The position numbers and the translations under genes are program-made. Positions 10,876-24,289 of a stretch of DNA of 64,000 nucleotides are shown in pieces. Every line of letters begins with the position of its first letter. The stretch's first letter is position 1. Under the pieces are notes generated by a model. It was given only the letters and a program-made list of their open reading frames with translations, ran no database searches and was not told where the DNA came from. The DNA is from Bugula neritina (lineage: Eukaryota; Animalia; Bryozoa), in assembly GCA_964035545.1 (NCBI GenBank), contig OZ037767.1, positions 10,612,581 to 10,676,580 on the forward strand, read 5' to 3'.

Positions 10876-13800
10876 TTTATTCAGTCTTGAAGTTACGTCG
10901 TAAACATTTAAAGTCTGGCTGGAAGTCTCATGTGTTAGTGTCAGCCAGTAAATTAATGTCTAATTTCTTGTAACAGGCTGTTTGGAACTTCTATAGTTGT
11001 ATGGATTTTGTTGAACTTTGACCTACAACTAACGAGTGAAGATCTTGTGTCGTTTTAATTGGATGTGTTGTCCTCACCTCCCAGGAAGTTCTTTCAGAAA
11101 AACTGTCAGCTCTACAAAAATTGATAAATTTGCATACATGGTTAGATGTTGCTCCTATAAGCTTTTTGTTGGAAGTTTGCCAATTTCAACAAGACAACTC
11201 CAAATAAACAGGTATTTCTACCTCTGTCAGCAAATATTGTATGCAACAGATGCTGTTGCTACATAACTATAAACAAATATGATTGACATTAGTTTGTAGT
11301 TTTAGTTATTATTAGTTTACACTCCCTTCTCTCGGCATTAGTTATTGGTAAATTCAATTCTTAAACGTAGATGCCTAGAAGGGCATAATTGCTTGCTGAT
11401 TTTAAGAAATAATATTGATATAATTACGTATAGACATTATATACAAACATAATATTAGGCTTTAAAATTTCCAAAACACTAATAAATATTGTTTTATACT
11501 CCGATAAATTTGTAATGTTTTAGCTGACAGGAAATGATCACTATTATAAACTGTAATATGACAGAAAACTAAGATCTAATAGGACAGTTGAAATGTAGTT
11601 GTTTTAGATTTAACTGCACTTTGTGTAAGTCATAACCCCTGATTGTCATTATTGTTAGAATTTGTAATTGCATGTTTGCCACCACAATTGCTAAGGCTGT
11701 TCTCATTAATATAAACATTGCATTAGGTCATGATTGAAAGATTACAGAGTTTGGAACAGCCTGTTCCCTTCTTCGATCAACTTATCAAACCAATATCTTT
11801 TACTTGATAATGCTTCATTCAAATAGGACTGCATGTTCACTTTATGGTTAAAAGATTTGATCAAATCATATATTATCTGAGCACTTGAGTTTGTGTGTAC
11901 ACACTGTAACGTTACGACAGCATGCTCACTTATAGCTATTAGATCATACTCCACTCCAAGTTACAAAAAGTTTAAAAAGAAAGTTGCATAAGGGAACTAA
12001 GTTAATGACCAACAATAGTTAGAGTACTGTGAGTTGTTCTACCCACATTATACTTTTATTACAGCTACAGTAATTATGGTTAGCAGCGTCCTGGCGCATT
12101 GTATCATGTAACATAATACATTGTTGCTTGATAAAATTAGTTTACTAGAAACTTTTAAATAAATAGTAAATTTAATTATTAAAATATTCTTATCTAATAT
12201 ATTAGCAAGCTAGTGCCCTCAAACCTCAAATAATTATACATATTTGTACAATAACATAAACTTTAATATAATTTAAAAAGTGATATGAGATAAATGACAA
12301 AGCTTTATCAAAGCTTTTTGCCAGAAATAACGCACACTCTGGAATATTCAACCACCTCCGTACTCTTTAGGCCTACTTTTACCTTGTCATCCTGAGCCAC
12401 TCAGTTTATTGATTGTTATTGTAAGGGATATACATGTGTATGAACTATGAACTGTGCGTAAATCAAAAAATATATAACTTATTAGATAAAAACATAATCA
12501 CCTCCAAGCTCCAACATACACTGCACTGCATGTCTAATTTAAACAAACCAAGTAGTTGGTTAGTGTAAAAGGCTAGCGCTCTACAAAAATCATTATGTTA
12601 ATACGCTTATATTAAATTTTGTATTGCTGAATTTTGAAGGTTGAAATTATTTAAGGAATAAATAAAATAATGTGAAAAAAAATTATTCTAGTTGAAAATG
12701 TAAACATTAAAGAAAAACACATGGGGCTACGTGCTTATTTAGGACTAACGAATTAATAGGAATCTGCGCATTTAGTATCAACTAGTTACTTATTCAGCAC
12801 ACGGTATTTGTGAATACAACTAATCACTATCAATTAAGGAAAATTATTACTAGTAAAATGTTTTTTAATGTGAATAATAAGTTCTAGCTGCCTATACTTC
12901 ACTGAAATAAAAGCATTTATAAAAAGAAGCCTCAATAAAATAGTTCTACTTACATGGTTGCTTGCCAAAGCCTTGCTGATATGGTGTATGTGAGATAGAA
13001 TATGCAATAATGTGATAAACTTGCCTTTAGCCAGGTGTGAGCCAATAATCATAAAGTTGCTTGACTGTCAAATCAGTTCCTAGAAAATGAAAAGTTAGTC
13101 AGCAGCTTTGAGCTCTCCACTTTTTCAAACTCAACCTCTGACCTCTGAGATATAGATAAGAGTGCTGTATGTGTTTGCTTAACTCCTTCAACAAGCTGCT
13201 AAGACAAAACATTGCTCCGAATGTCATATAATTCAACAAAGGTATTATATATGTGCGTGAGTGATTTATTTCTAAGAAAATAAATTATCTAGTAAACATA
13301 TTAATCACAGCTATTATGCAAGCCTTAAAAAACTATATTTTTCTATTGAAACAACATATATATCCCAACATAGCATAACAAAAATAGTATCACACACATT
13401 ATATCATAAGTATAACAAAATACAATACATTTTAAGATATAAAATTTAATTAAGAGAAAAGCATAGATTATGTTAGCAGGGTCATGCAGTTTATATTTCC
13501 ATTATAGCTGTTTAGACGATGTGTGATGTCAAAGCAGGAGGCCAAACTCTGAGTTTTGTCATAATTTATCCACAAAGTTTCTAGTTGCAACATAAATAAA
13601 AGCAGTTTGATTATGACTCCTTATTTCACAGCAAATTTCATCACTCATTCGCTGACTTGAAGTTGGAGAAAACTTGTTGTCCTGAAATGTTGAGATTGTT
13701 GTGCAAAAACGTTTGCATTACTTTTTAAAACTAAAATATAAGTAGAAGTTGGAATTGAAAAGCAATAATACCTGCAGATTCAACACTATGTACTGCTAGG

Positions 13801-15528
13801 TAAGGACATAATATATCTTTTCTTATAATAATTATATGCTGTTGAAGTTATACAGCTAATCTTCAACACTTACCTAATCGTCGTACTTGCCATTATCAAT
13901 GTAGAAATTTGTTATATTGGGAACACAGCTACTGTAAATATGCTTATTTGATTGTACAAAGTTCAACTAATAATAAAAGTCTTATCAATAGATAATGAAA
14001 AATAAATATAATAATTGATTTAGTTTATAACATATTGGTGACTGGAATAACTGTACTTTCCTTGTTCGTCTCTGTATAGAAAGTTTGTAATTAAGTGAAA
14101 TTATAAACAAAAATTTGATTGTTTAAAGGATTAGCTGTAAAATAATTATGTATATAAACAGGAAATGTAATAAATTATTTTAACTTTGATCTTTTCCACT
14201 AAATGTGTTCATAACTTCCTCATGTATCAAGTGGGTTATATATACATGTATACATATATATGCATGTAGCTGTAGATTTCGTCACAGGCAAGAATATATC
14301 GTATAGTTGACGATGACTTTACCTTATAGAGATTTGCTTATAAATTGTTGTTAATGATGTGGTACACTAATTATGTTATGTCGAATTTATGCTAAGATAA
14401 GGCATGTGTCTATAGTGAATAGGTTCAAGTAGTCTCTTTTTTATAGACGCTCTTTTAAGCTGGAAATGTACATTTTCATGACAATTGTGTTGGAAGGCAT
14501 TCATTTTATTTCACTATAATAAAATAAATGTATTACTTAAACTTATAGTCAAATGTAGTAAGTTCACTGTAACACTTACTAGTATACAAAGATATTTTTA
14601 TATCTAGATCATCTTAACATGTTCAAACAGATTGCTGATGTTCAATTGAAACTGGATATATTTCCAATACAATCTACATGTATATACATTTATATATTAT
14701 ATGCTTACTCTACCAAATAGATCAATATCATATTGGATAGGTAGTGATGGAGAGTGATGAAATGAAACTAACGCATTGTAATCTAACCTCGTTTGAATAT
14801 GAAAACCTTAGAAGCCAAAACTTCAATCAGTTTGACTATTCTTTGATATAACCAACGAAATCTGGCAAATTGCCCGCTTTACATATAAAGGTAAAATGCA
14901 TTCTTTTAAATAGTAAAATTATATGCATTTATTCATTTTATTCTATAAAAAAACATATACAATTTGTAAAAAATTACAACTCAATATCTTCACAAGTGTA
15001 TTTAATACAGGGTAAAAATAAGCATCTAGACCAGTGAAAAACAGACCAGTTACATCACAGCTAAAATACTCATAATGCAAGAGTTGATATTTAGTTCCTT
15101 AAAACTTATAACAAATAATATTTACATATAAACTGCAGTGATTAGATAAGGCTGTGAATACATTGTAAAGGCAGCAATGTTCAATGGAGCTGTAATAGTG
15201 TATATACAGGCTTTACAAGTTTACTAATATATATAATTGCAGTACTGTAAAAATAAAATTTTTGGAATTTTCTAGAGCTTTCAGACATTTCAATTTTTAT
15301 TATATACAAAAGAGTACAGAGTACACTATTATTTTAGTTTTGGCTGAGTTTGATAAGTCTTCAGCATTACTGTGTAACCAGCAGCTTTTTCCATATATGT
15401 TTATGACCACAGCCTACAGTTAGTGACACTAAACACCGTAACTACTACTAATCACTGTAATAGTTGCAGTCAGTGTAACTAACACTACTCACTGTGAATA
15501 CCACTATAGTCACTCTAATAACTGGTGA

Positions 15529-18500
15529 CTATTTACTATCACTATCACTGTCACTATCTTTAGTTATTGTGAAGTCATAAGATTTCCACATCTTGGAGAA
15601 AGTCATCACCTTCTTTCTCTGGTCTTCAAAACTTTCCTTACGAGGATTTTTCCATAGCCTTGGCTCAACATCCATCATGCCCCCGACCACTTCCTACAAT
15701 AAATGTGAATAGTGTGTTCAGCATCAGCACTAAGGCTAACAATCGATATAAAACTAGAATACCAGAGGCTACTTACTTGGCCAAAGTACCACGGGAAACT
15801 GTGCTCCTCTTCAATGACATGAGCAAAACCACCTTGTAGCCCAAAATCCACAGAAAAGTAAGGGAAGCCTTTGGGGACGCAGTTGCGAATGCTCTTTTTG
15901 CTAATATCAATCAGCTTTTTATTCTGTGCCCAATCTTTCTCGCATTCATCTATAGCTTTCTGTAAAATATAATTTACATGTGCATAGCAAAAAACCAGTT
16001 GCACATGAAAGATGCAGAGAGAGGATAGATATTGAAGAAGTTGTACACAACCAGCCATCTTTAAAAGAATTTAAGGCAAAATTATGAGAAATTTAATAAC
16101 TTGTCTAATAGAGCAATAAATTACAATAAAACTAAATATTGACCAAGTACAGCTCTACAGTACTTGAGTTCCATATTCTAGAGTTCTAATACCGAATTAG
16201 CTCTCACCTATTTGATTTTATATTACCATTCTTTACATTTAATTGACACAGAACACTAAGTATCTTCACCAGGAAACTGCAGAAACTGACCTTGAAGTAT
16301 ATTGGAGCAAGGTCACCCAACTCCTGTGGCAACGGAACACACTCAATGGCCATGTGAGGGAGCCTCTTCAGGTTTTTGCTGCATTCCATGAACACACAGT
16401 CCTGGCCATCATCTGCAAACATCTTTGTGAGGACTCGCCTGAACTCCTGAATAGTCACATGTACTTATAGAATAGTCAGATATTTTATATACTTACAGTA
16501 TAGTCAGATATATTATATACTTACAGTATAGTCAGATATATTATATACTTACAGTATATTCAGATATATTATACACTTACAGTATATTCAGATATATTAT
16601 ACACTTATAGTATATTCAGATATATTATATACTTATAGTATAGTCAGATATATTATATACTTACAGTATATTCAGATATATTATACACTTATAGTATAGT
16701 CAGATATATTATATACTTACAGTATATTCAGATATATTATATACTTATAGTATAGTCAGATATATTATATACTTACAGTATATTCAGATATATTATACAC
16801 TTATAGTATAGTCAGATATATTATACACTTATAAGTCAGCCAATGAAGGAGCAGATCTTCTCACCTGAATTTCATTCCAGACATCTTCATCGCATACAGT
16901 AGATGACATACAATGGTGAATGGGAAGAATCCTACAATGACCTTGACATAGTGACTCCTTCTCCGGCATACACAAATACGTCTGCAAAATATTATACATG
17001 CATCCAATTTAAAACCCAGCATTTCCTGTTAAACATAAAACAGTAGAGATGAGTCATGCTGCATGAGTCATCTCTCTCCGAGCAGCACTCAACAGAATCT
17101 ATCGACTCATAACATTCTCAGCACCTCCAGTAAAAAAGAAATTTCAATACCTATAACTATGTATGTCAATGAACATTGCCAAAGACATCGTTTATACAGA
17201 CTGCTAGCACATGACCAATTACAACAGAGTTTTAAAACATAATCCAGAATTGTCTGACTCACATTCTTAGCCACAGATATAATCAAGTGTTTGGTTTTAT
17301 TTTCTAGACATTCCTTGCAGTTATCCAGTGTCTGACTCATCTGTTTGCTCTCAGCTTTAGCCCTTTGTTGCTGTTGGTGAACCGCCCTGGATGGGTCGTA
17401 CTCTAAACGTGCCTTGTTTATCATAGCATCGTCTATTTGGTTATCATCGTCAGTCTTCTCTGTCACCTACAAAGTGAGTGATAATGAGAGAAGATGGAAG
17501 GAAAATTGGCCCATTACAATATACTGCAACAAATATTGAAGGCTATCTTTAAAGACATTCTGCCAGTATATAAAAGGTTTGAGATTCCAACAAATAGATT
17601 ACATATATTCTTTAATCTACAAAATCCTTAACCCTACTATATTATACAAATTATTTCTGATGGATGTATCTTTATACCTGGTCGATTCAACAAATTTTAA
17701 ACCTTCTACTTGAAGGAAAACGTGGAGGAATGAAAAAGCAACCAATCATCTATATACCCTACTTGCTCTGCATGTATGGTGAATAGAATGAACACAGAAC
17801 TCACTTTGGCTGCCATCTTGGAGAACATGTAATGTTGATCTTCGGCAGTAGTTGTCCTCTCTGCCTGCACCTATAAGAGGTACAAGAGTCTAAACAAGAG
17901 AGCGTTGGTTGTTCCAACTGCATACATAATGTTTTAGAAGAGAGCCCTTTTTTCCCTTCCTCCCTCTCCAGATACTAATAAATCCAAGTGAAATACTCCA
18001 CTAAGTTACGATGACAGACATAAACACGATGTACAAACCATGTCCTTAATACTGAATCTGTCGTCATCTGCAAAGTATCTCTCCCGCTCGCCCTTCTCAT
18101 TATGGGTCGTGACCTTCTTAGCTTTACGTCTTCGGCCCCCTGCAGGGGCGGCATCTTGGTCCAGTGATTCAACAGGACGAATGTTACCAAACTTATCCGC
18201 GTGGGACAGTATGACTACCTGTGATAATGTAAACTGCATGATGTCATAGTAGGCTACAACATACTATACAACCCATATAGTGTATATACTATATCATACT
18301 ATACTACCTGCATTATACTACCGATATTATATATACTACCTGTAACGTATATACCATGCTATATTACATATACTACCTGTAGTATTATATATATTTTGAA
18401 CATTTTGAATATCACACATGTAACAGGTTGTGGCCATCAGCAATAAAAAAAATCAATCAAACGGCTCAAAAAATCACCGTATTTAGCTGGTGAGCTTTGC

Positions 18501-21500
18501 ACGTGGTACCAACGCATAAACATTGTACCAAAACCATTTCAAATGACAATAAGCATGTTGGGGCTGTGTAGATATACACTTGTTATTATCACCTTTCACC
18601 CCTGTTATTCTCATAGCAGAAGACAAGCACCACAAACAGTCACCTTTTCTGATTCTTTGTGGGTCTTAACACCAGATGTTCTGGCTTTCCTGGCATTCTC
18701 CAGTTTCAGCTTCAACTCTGTTACCATTTCGTCATTTCCCATCAGCTCTGCGCGGAGTATTTTAGCACCGAGAGCGTTCATCTCATCGTCAGTCAGCGGT
18801 GCCTGGAATCATTCCACCCAAATCACTTTGACATCACAACACACAGCATATGTCACCTTGACAACACATGTCACCTTGACAACACTGGTCACCATGACAA
18901 CACTGGTCACTATGACAACACTGGTCACTATGACAACACTGGTCACTATGACAACACTGGTCACTATGACAACAAATAACATAACCTACCATAGCATCAT
19001 CACTTCCAGCTATACTATGGCATACATTATTATTCTCTTCAACAATGTACACAGTATATTCAACTCACAGCCATAGAAGTGTCTTCTGCGTCAGATTCTC
19101 CACTGGAGGCCTCAGAAGAGCTAGGATTACTGGGTGAGCTGTCCGCAGGAGGGTTAGCTTTTGCTAGACTCCGTACCCCACCTGCAACTACATCCCATAA
19201 CTATGCAAGATTCTACTACTAGGTAAGAATAGAAAACAATATACACTAACAGGAAGCTGTTAAAGTAACTTGTTTCAGCATACAGCCGTCATACCTTGAG
19301 ATTTAGTACTCTCATCAGCTTTCACTCTAGTCTCAGAACCTAAAACAATTATCATGTATCACATTAAATCTCAGTAGCACAGTGAGTTACTCTAGAAACT
19401 GTACTATAAACAACTGAACACATACTCTAGTTGCAAACCAACTTTTCAACAGCCACCAATAGAAGCAGAGACACCTTGAATTTGTCTGCATTTCAACTTT
19501 GCAAGTTGAAAAGTTTTTAAAAAAATGTTACAATAATTCCTATTACAAAGTAGCTGTGTCTAGTATTATAATACCTCCACTGGCAACTATTATGTTAACA
19601 TAATCATAATTACTAATGTAATAACCTCCAGGTGTTGAGGAAACAGGCTACACGAATTTTATTTTTTTAACTCATACTATTTCAAAATATGGTATTTTTA
19701 TTAATTTTATACATGTTCCTACTTTAAATGCATATTTTCCAGGTGCACTCTTGTATAAAGAAGATAAAGTTAATGCAGTTAAGCATATTAACTTTATAAT
19801 TGTATATAAATAGACTACAATATTCAAGCTTATCATAATATTATTAAAAGATATCAAAGATATATGACTAGCCTGGTTTTCTCCATGATGGTGTGTAACC
19901 GTCGCTGCTACTGGCACCATTTACTGGTTTCTTAAATGGCTCTTTGGGCTTTTCTGGCAAGTCCGACTCTCCTGGCTTCATAAACCTGCAAAACGTAACA
20001 CAGAAAATTGTTGCGAATCTTAATAAATCGTCCTGAGTTCGCGCAAGAAAAAACGTACCACATAATGAACAGGTATAGGTACCTTCTTTTATGAGGTGGC
20101 GACACCTGACTTCTATCTGCTCTCTCAGAAACAGTTCTGTCTGTGCGCGACCTTGACATTTCAGTTGACCCACTTCTGCTTCTTCTGTGTCGTCTGCTAT
20201 TTGACCTACTTCTGCTTCTTCTGCGTCTTCTGCTATTTGACCTACTTCTGCTTCTTTTGTGTTGTCTGCTATTTGACCTACTTCTGCTTCTTCCATATCG
20301 TCTGCTATTTGACCTACTTCTACTTCTTCTATGCCGTCTGCTATTTGACCTACTTCTACTTCTTCTATGTCTCCTGGTTGTTGACCTACTTCTGCTTCTT
20401 TCAGTTGACCTAGTATTTGATGCAGTATTCTTAAGCAACTCTTCTTCACGTTCCGCTTCCATTATCATAATCTCTAAGTTTTCAAGTGACTGAAATGAAA
20501 CATTATTCATACAACAAATCTACTGACATTAGAACACCATTTACTTATTTCTAACTTCTGCAATAGAAATAGCTTATGTAAGCTTTTCGCCTTTGCATAT
20601 ATCGCTAAACTTTAATATAAACATTTTAGTAATGTGTATTTATATATATATATAGCAGCTTTAAACTTTATTCATACCAAAAATTAACAAAGTCAAGTGC
20701 ATTACTCTTGAGAAAATGAGTTAAAATCTAATAAAAACATTACCTGAAATGTAAGATTAAAGAAGTTTCTTCAAGGAAAATTTATATAAATTTAAAAACT
20801 TCCAATTCCCAACCAATTAGGACCTTTCTAAACTGAATTTTATGTTATAAAACCAATTTATACTTTTCTACTGCAATAATAAAATAACGCTGAAACTCAA
20901 AAACAAGTAAAAGGTATATATAAATAACTATTCACAGTGAACAAAGAACACGTCAGCTCACCCCATATCGTTCTTCGGCAATAGACTCCATACTCTGCCC
21001 AGTTTCAGCTGCCAGCTGCTCACACCGTGAATACGCCTTCTTCAAGAATGGCAGACTGTGTTTTGGTAACGAGTCAGCAGGCTTGTCTTCTTCCGGTAAA
21101 CCTAAGATAACCAGCATAGCCGGTCTACACTATATGGTGTAGTGATTATACACTTCACTGTATAGTAACTCTACATTACACTATGTAGTAGCTCTATACC
21201 ACAGTGTAGTAACTCTATACCACACTGTGTAGTAACTCTATACCACAGTGTAGTAACTCTACACTTCACTTTATGGTAACTATACACTACACTGTATAGT
21301 CACTATACATTACACTGTATAGTCACTATACACTACACTGTATAGTCACTCTAGACTGCATAGTCACTGTATACTACACTGCATAGTCACTGTATACTAT
21401 ACTGCATAGTCACTCTACACTAGACTGTATAGTCAGTAGTCACTTCACACTACATTGACTAGTAATTCTACATTTCAAGTTTAGAATCGCTAAAAAAGAT

Positions 21501-24062
21501 GATACCTGTTTTATTGTGCAACATTATTATAATAAAATACCATAATGTATCACCTTGCCGAGACCCTGACTTCCAGTAAGGGTTAAGTTCTCTTTCATGA
21601 GCTCCAGGCTCATCCAGAACTTTCTCTTCCTTTTCCACGTCTGCATACTGCAACTTATCTTGCTTGATCTTCTCACGCAGCTCTAACCGAGATATGGTAG
21701 GAATAGATGCAGAGTCCAAGTTCATCCAATCATCTCGCTGTAACTTAGGACCCTAAAATTGTTCAACCATATAAATGAGAGCTTAGTAGTAGAAGTGGGA
21801 AACAAATTCCCAAATAATTTAAATCCATTAACTTGAGGCAACACGGATAGGTTAGTTTTACATATTTCAATGCTCCAGTCAAACAAATTTGAATCCTAGA
21901 ATTGTCAGGTTCAACGTAGCAGATACGCCACATTCATCTTTTATAAAAATGAAACAATAGTTGTGTTCTTTTAATACTTCATCCAGTATAAACCCCAACA
22001 AAATGTGTTTGCATACAAAATAATAACATAGAGGAAACAATTACCAAATAACCCAATGTTTGAATGGTGAGTGAAACAACATAAAAAACTTGAAGTTACA
22101 AAGCAGGAGTATTTTTTAAAGCTCTTGGACAACCAAATACCATGGGAATTGCACACTCACTTTGACAACAGCTGTTGTTGTGTCATTACTGTCAGCTGTT
22201 TGGTCAGCCACTGTAACATCCTGTTTACTTTTAGTTTTTTCTACCCACATCTCTTCTTCCTGCAGTTTAAATAGTACAAGAGAAAATAACAAACAGTCTT
22301 CAGCTTTCTTAACTAGATTAAACAAACTATTAGAGAGGCACAAGCAGTGCCCGAATGACCATCCACCTGCAGAAGGAAAGACTTACCAACTAGTTTTAGT
22401 ACCCAGTCCAGTAGATAAACAAAAAAATGAACAATGTGATATAGTCTTCAATTTGCTGATAACCCAATTTTTTATAGAACAACATAAAGATCATAATAAC
22501 TAATGAGTATCAGTATATTCTAACTACTAACAATAAGAGTAAATGTAAAGTTACTGCTGAGTGTCTTAATTATTATTATGAGTATGACTAATATCAATCA
22601 TAAGCAGACAATGACAATCAGAGATAAGCAGACGACAATAAGCAGACAACAAGCAAAGCTCTAACCTCTGATTCTGATAAATCACTTTTTGAATTCTTCT
22701 TTGACTTTTTTGCCTTCTTATCTCGTTTACTGTGCTTCTCTTTCTTAAGTTTTTTCATTTTCTTTTTCATTTTCTACAGAAAGACACAAAACAACCAAAA
22801 CATGAATTTCAAAACCTGTCTACTTTCACATCACTCTCTAATTCATGCTATATAATCTACACTTTGCGAAATCCAAAGCTCTCAAAGGATGAAGCAGAAC
22901 TAAAGTATTATAGTTATTTTATTTTACTGTATATAGTAGCAGTTCAAAGATTATTATTATGAGCTAACTTTGTGCACCAGTTCAAAACTATGAATACGAA
23001 ACCAAATATCTCTATCGTTACAACCTGCCATAGTTATATAAAATGGGTAGTCTCTACGACACTAAATCGACAGGACCTCCTTGCTTCGATAAACAAGGTT
23101 AGGCTACCTTCACAGCACAAAACCTGTTCATTTAATAATTGTAAACTCTCAACTGTCTAGAAATGCTAATAGAAGGCAGAGCGTTCTTTCACCAAATAGC
23201 TAATAAGAAACACAATTTTATTGTGGAGAGCAAATAATTGTTCATGTTATGTCAAACAATTAGAGAGCACCTGCTGTCTAAGGGCTAGAGCATTGGCTCA
23301 GTAAACACGAGGTCAGGGGTTCGAACCCCAGTAAAGGCCGTTGGTGCTGTTAGAAAGAGTATCCAGTCATAATTGCTCCTGTGCCCCATATGAATAAGTC
23401 TTTAGTCCCCTTTATAAAAACCTTTTCCATCAAGGGTTTTTCACAGGGATAGTGACTATAAACTTGCATGAGTTTTTTATGTCAAACAATTGTACTACAT
23501 TACCAAATCATTTTGATAAATTGTGCAATTGCTATATGGCAATAAGAGCTCTTTACTAACGCAGGTATAACACATGCATCATTATTCAAACATAAACATA
23601 GTAGTGCAAGTTTATAACTAAAGCACACACAAAGGTTGAAGGCCCGACTACCCCCCCCCCTACTGTACTCACTTTTGCCTGTCTGCTCAAATTGTCACTC
23701 AGCTCTGGTAACAGCCACTTATCTTCTCCTCTTGCTTTTGCTGCTGCAGCTTTCTTTTCTTCAATGTCATATTTTCTCTTGGCCTAAGGTTGTATGGAGA
23801 GTGTACTGGTGAAGTTAATGAAACTGATTATAAAACTCTATTATTATTAGAAAACACAGACAAATCTAAAAATACTTGCAACTTGAACCTAATCTCAGCC
23901 ATTCACTCAATTTATTTCCAACACTCATCTACAACACTGACAATACGTAGTTACCACAAATAAAAGTAATAACAATTAACTAACCTCATTCAATATTTGC
24001 TCTCGAGCTTGCCTTTTTTCTGCTCGTTTTGCCTCCAATTCCCGCTCACTGTGAAACTCCAT
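15529..24062 (-). CDS. CWF19L2: CWF19-like protein 2 (spliceosome/lariat-associated, CwfJ C-terminal domains), 18 coding exons
   Basis: Exons 24062-23985, 23783-23673, 22773-22666, 22259-22161, 21752-21554, 21101-20962, 20489-20083, 19985-19873, 19339-19295, 19181-19069, 18802-18644, 18218-18039, 17870-17805, 17466-17263, 16981-16865, 16446-16291, 15959-15777, 15693-15529. Diagnostic motifs: [135 protein letters not shown]. Confidence 0.96.
16463..16835. repeat. 28-bp intronic minisatellite (ACTTACAGTATAGTCAGATATATTATAT), about 13 copies
   Basis: Fills most of the CWF19L2 intron at 16447-16864. Confidence 0.92.
18828..18974. repeat. 18-bp intronic minisatellite (TGACAACACTGGTCACTA)
   Basis: About 7-8 copies; source of the repetitive ORFs TTLVTM, HYDNTG and CCHSDQ. 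Confidence 0.92.
20160..20412 (-). repeat. 36-bp coding tandem repeat encoding an RS-rich segment ([12 protein letters not shown])n of CWF19L2
   Basis: About 7 copies inside exon 20489-20083, in frame with flanking conserved exons. Confidence 0.9.
21125..21460. repeat. Degenerate ~21-23-bp intronic tandem repeat (TATAGTCACTATACACTACACTG-like)
   Basis: Direct read in a CWF19L2 intron. Confidence 0.85.
23262..23476 (+). mobile_element. tRNA-derived SINE, family A (full length, with TSD)
   Basis: A-box-like head and B box GGTTCGAACCC; shared core GTTAG(G/A)AAGAG(C/T)ATCCAGTCATAATTGCTCCTGTGCC; tail CACAGGGATAGTGACTATAAACT; 15-bp TSD TTATGTCAAACAATT at 23247-23261 and 23477-23491. Confidence 0.92.
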
Positions 24063-24289
24063 TTTTATTTTAATAAATCTACAAAATTGATGAAATAAAT
24101 GCAGAACATATAAATATTCATACCCTGTAAGAAAACTGTTCATTTTACACAATATCAACAATAATTTAATTTGCAAGAATAGTCATACGTCATTTTCCAA
24201 CTCAATGAACAACAACGTACTTTCTCTAGTGTTGCAAAAGTCAATTTGATACTTTGAAGGGGCTACACAATGACTGTCACTGTCATACT

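Noticed and set aside
11742-11954. 70-aa ORF upstream of the GPCR
   Set aside because: No recognisable domain or convincing splice partners.
16463-16835. CRISPR-like regular 28-bp repeats
   Set aside because: Head-to-tail units with no spacers, inside a eukaryotic intron, and no cas genes.
18543-19076. Repetitive ORFs including a Cys-rich CCHSDQ metallothionein-like peptide
   Set aside because: Products of an 18-bp intronic minisatellite and the antisense of a CWF19L2 exon.
19868-20493. Overlapping acidic ([11 protein letters not shown]) and Leu/Cys-rich ORFs
   Set aside because: Alternative frames of the 36-bp repeat; only the RS frame is in phase with neighbouring exons.
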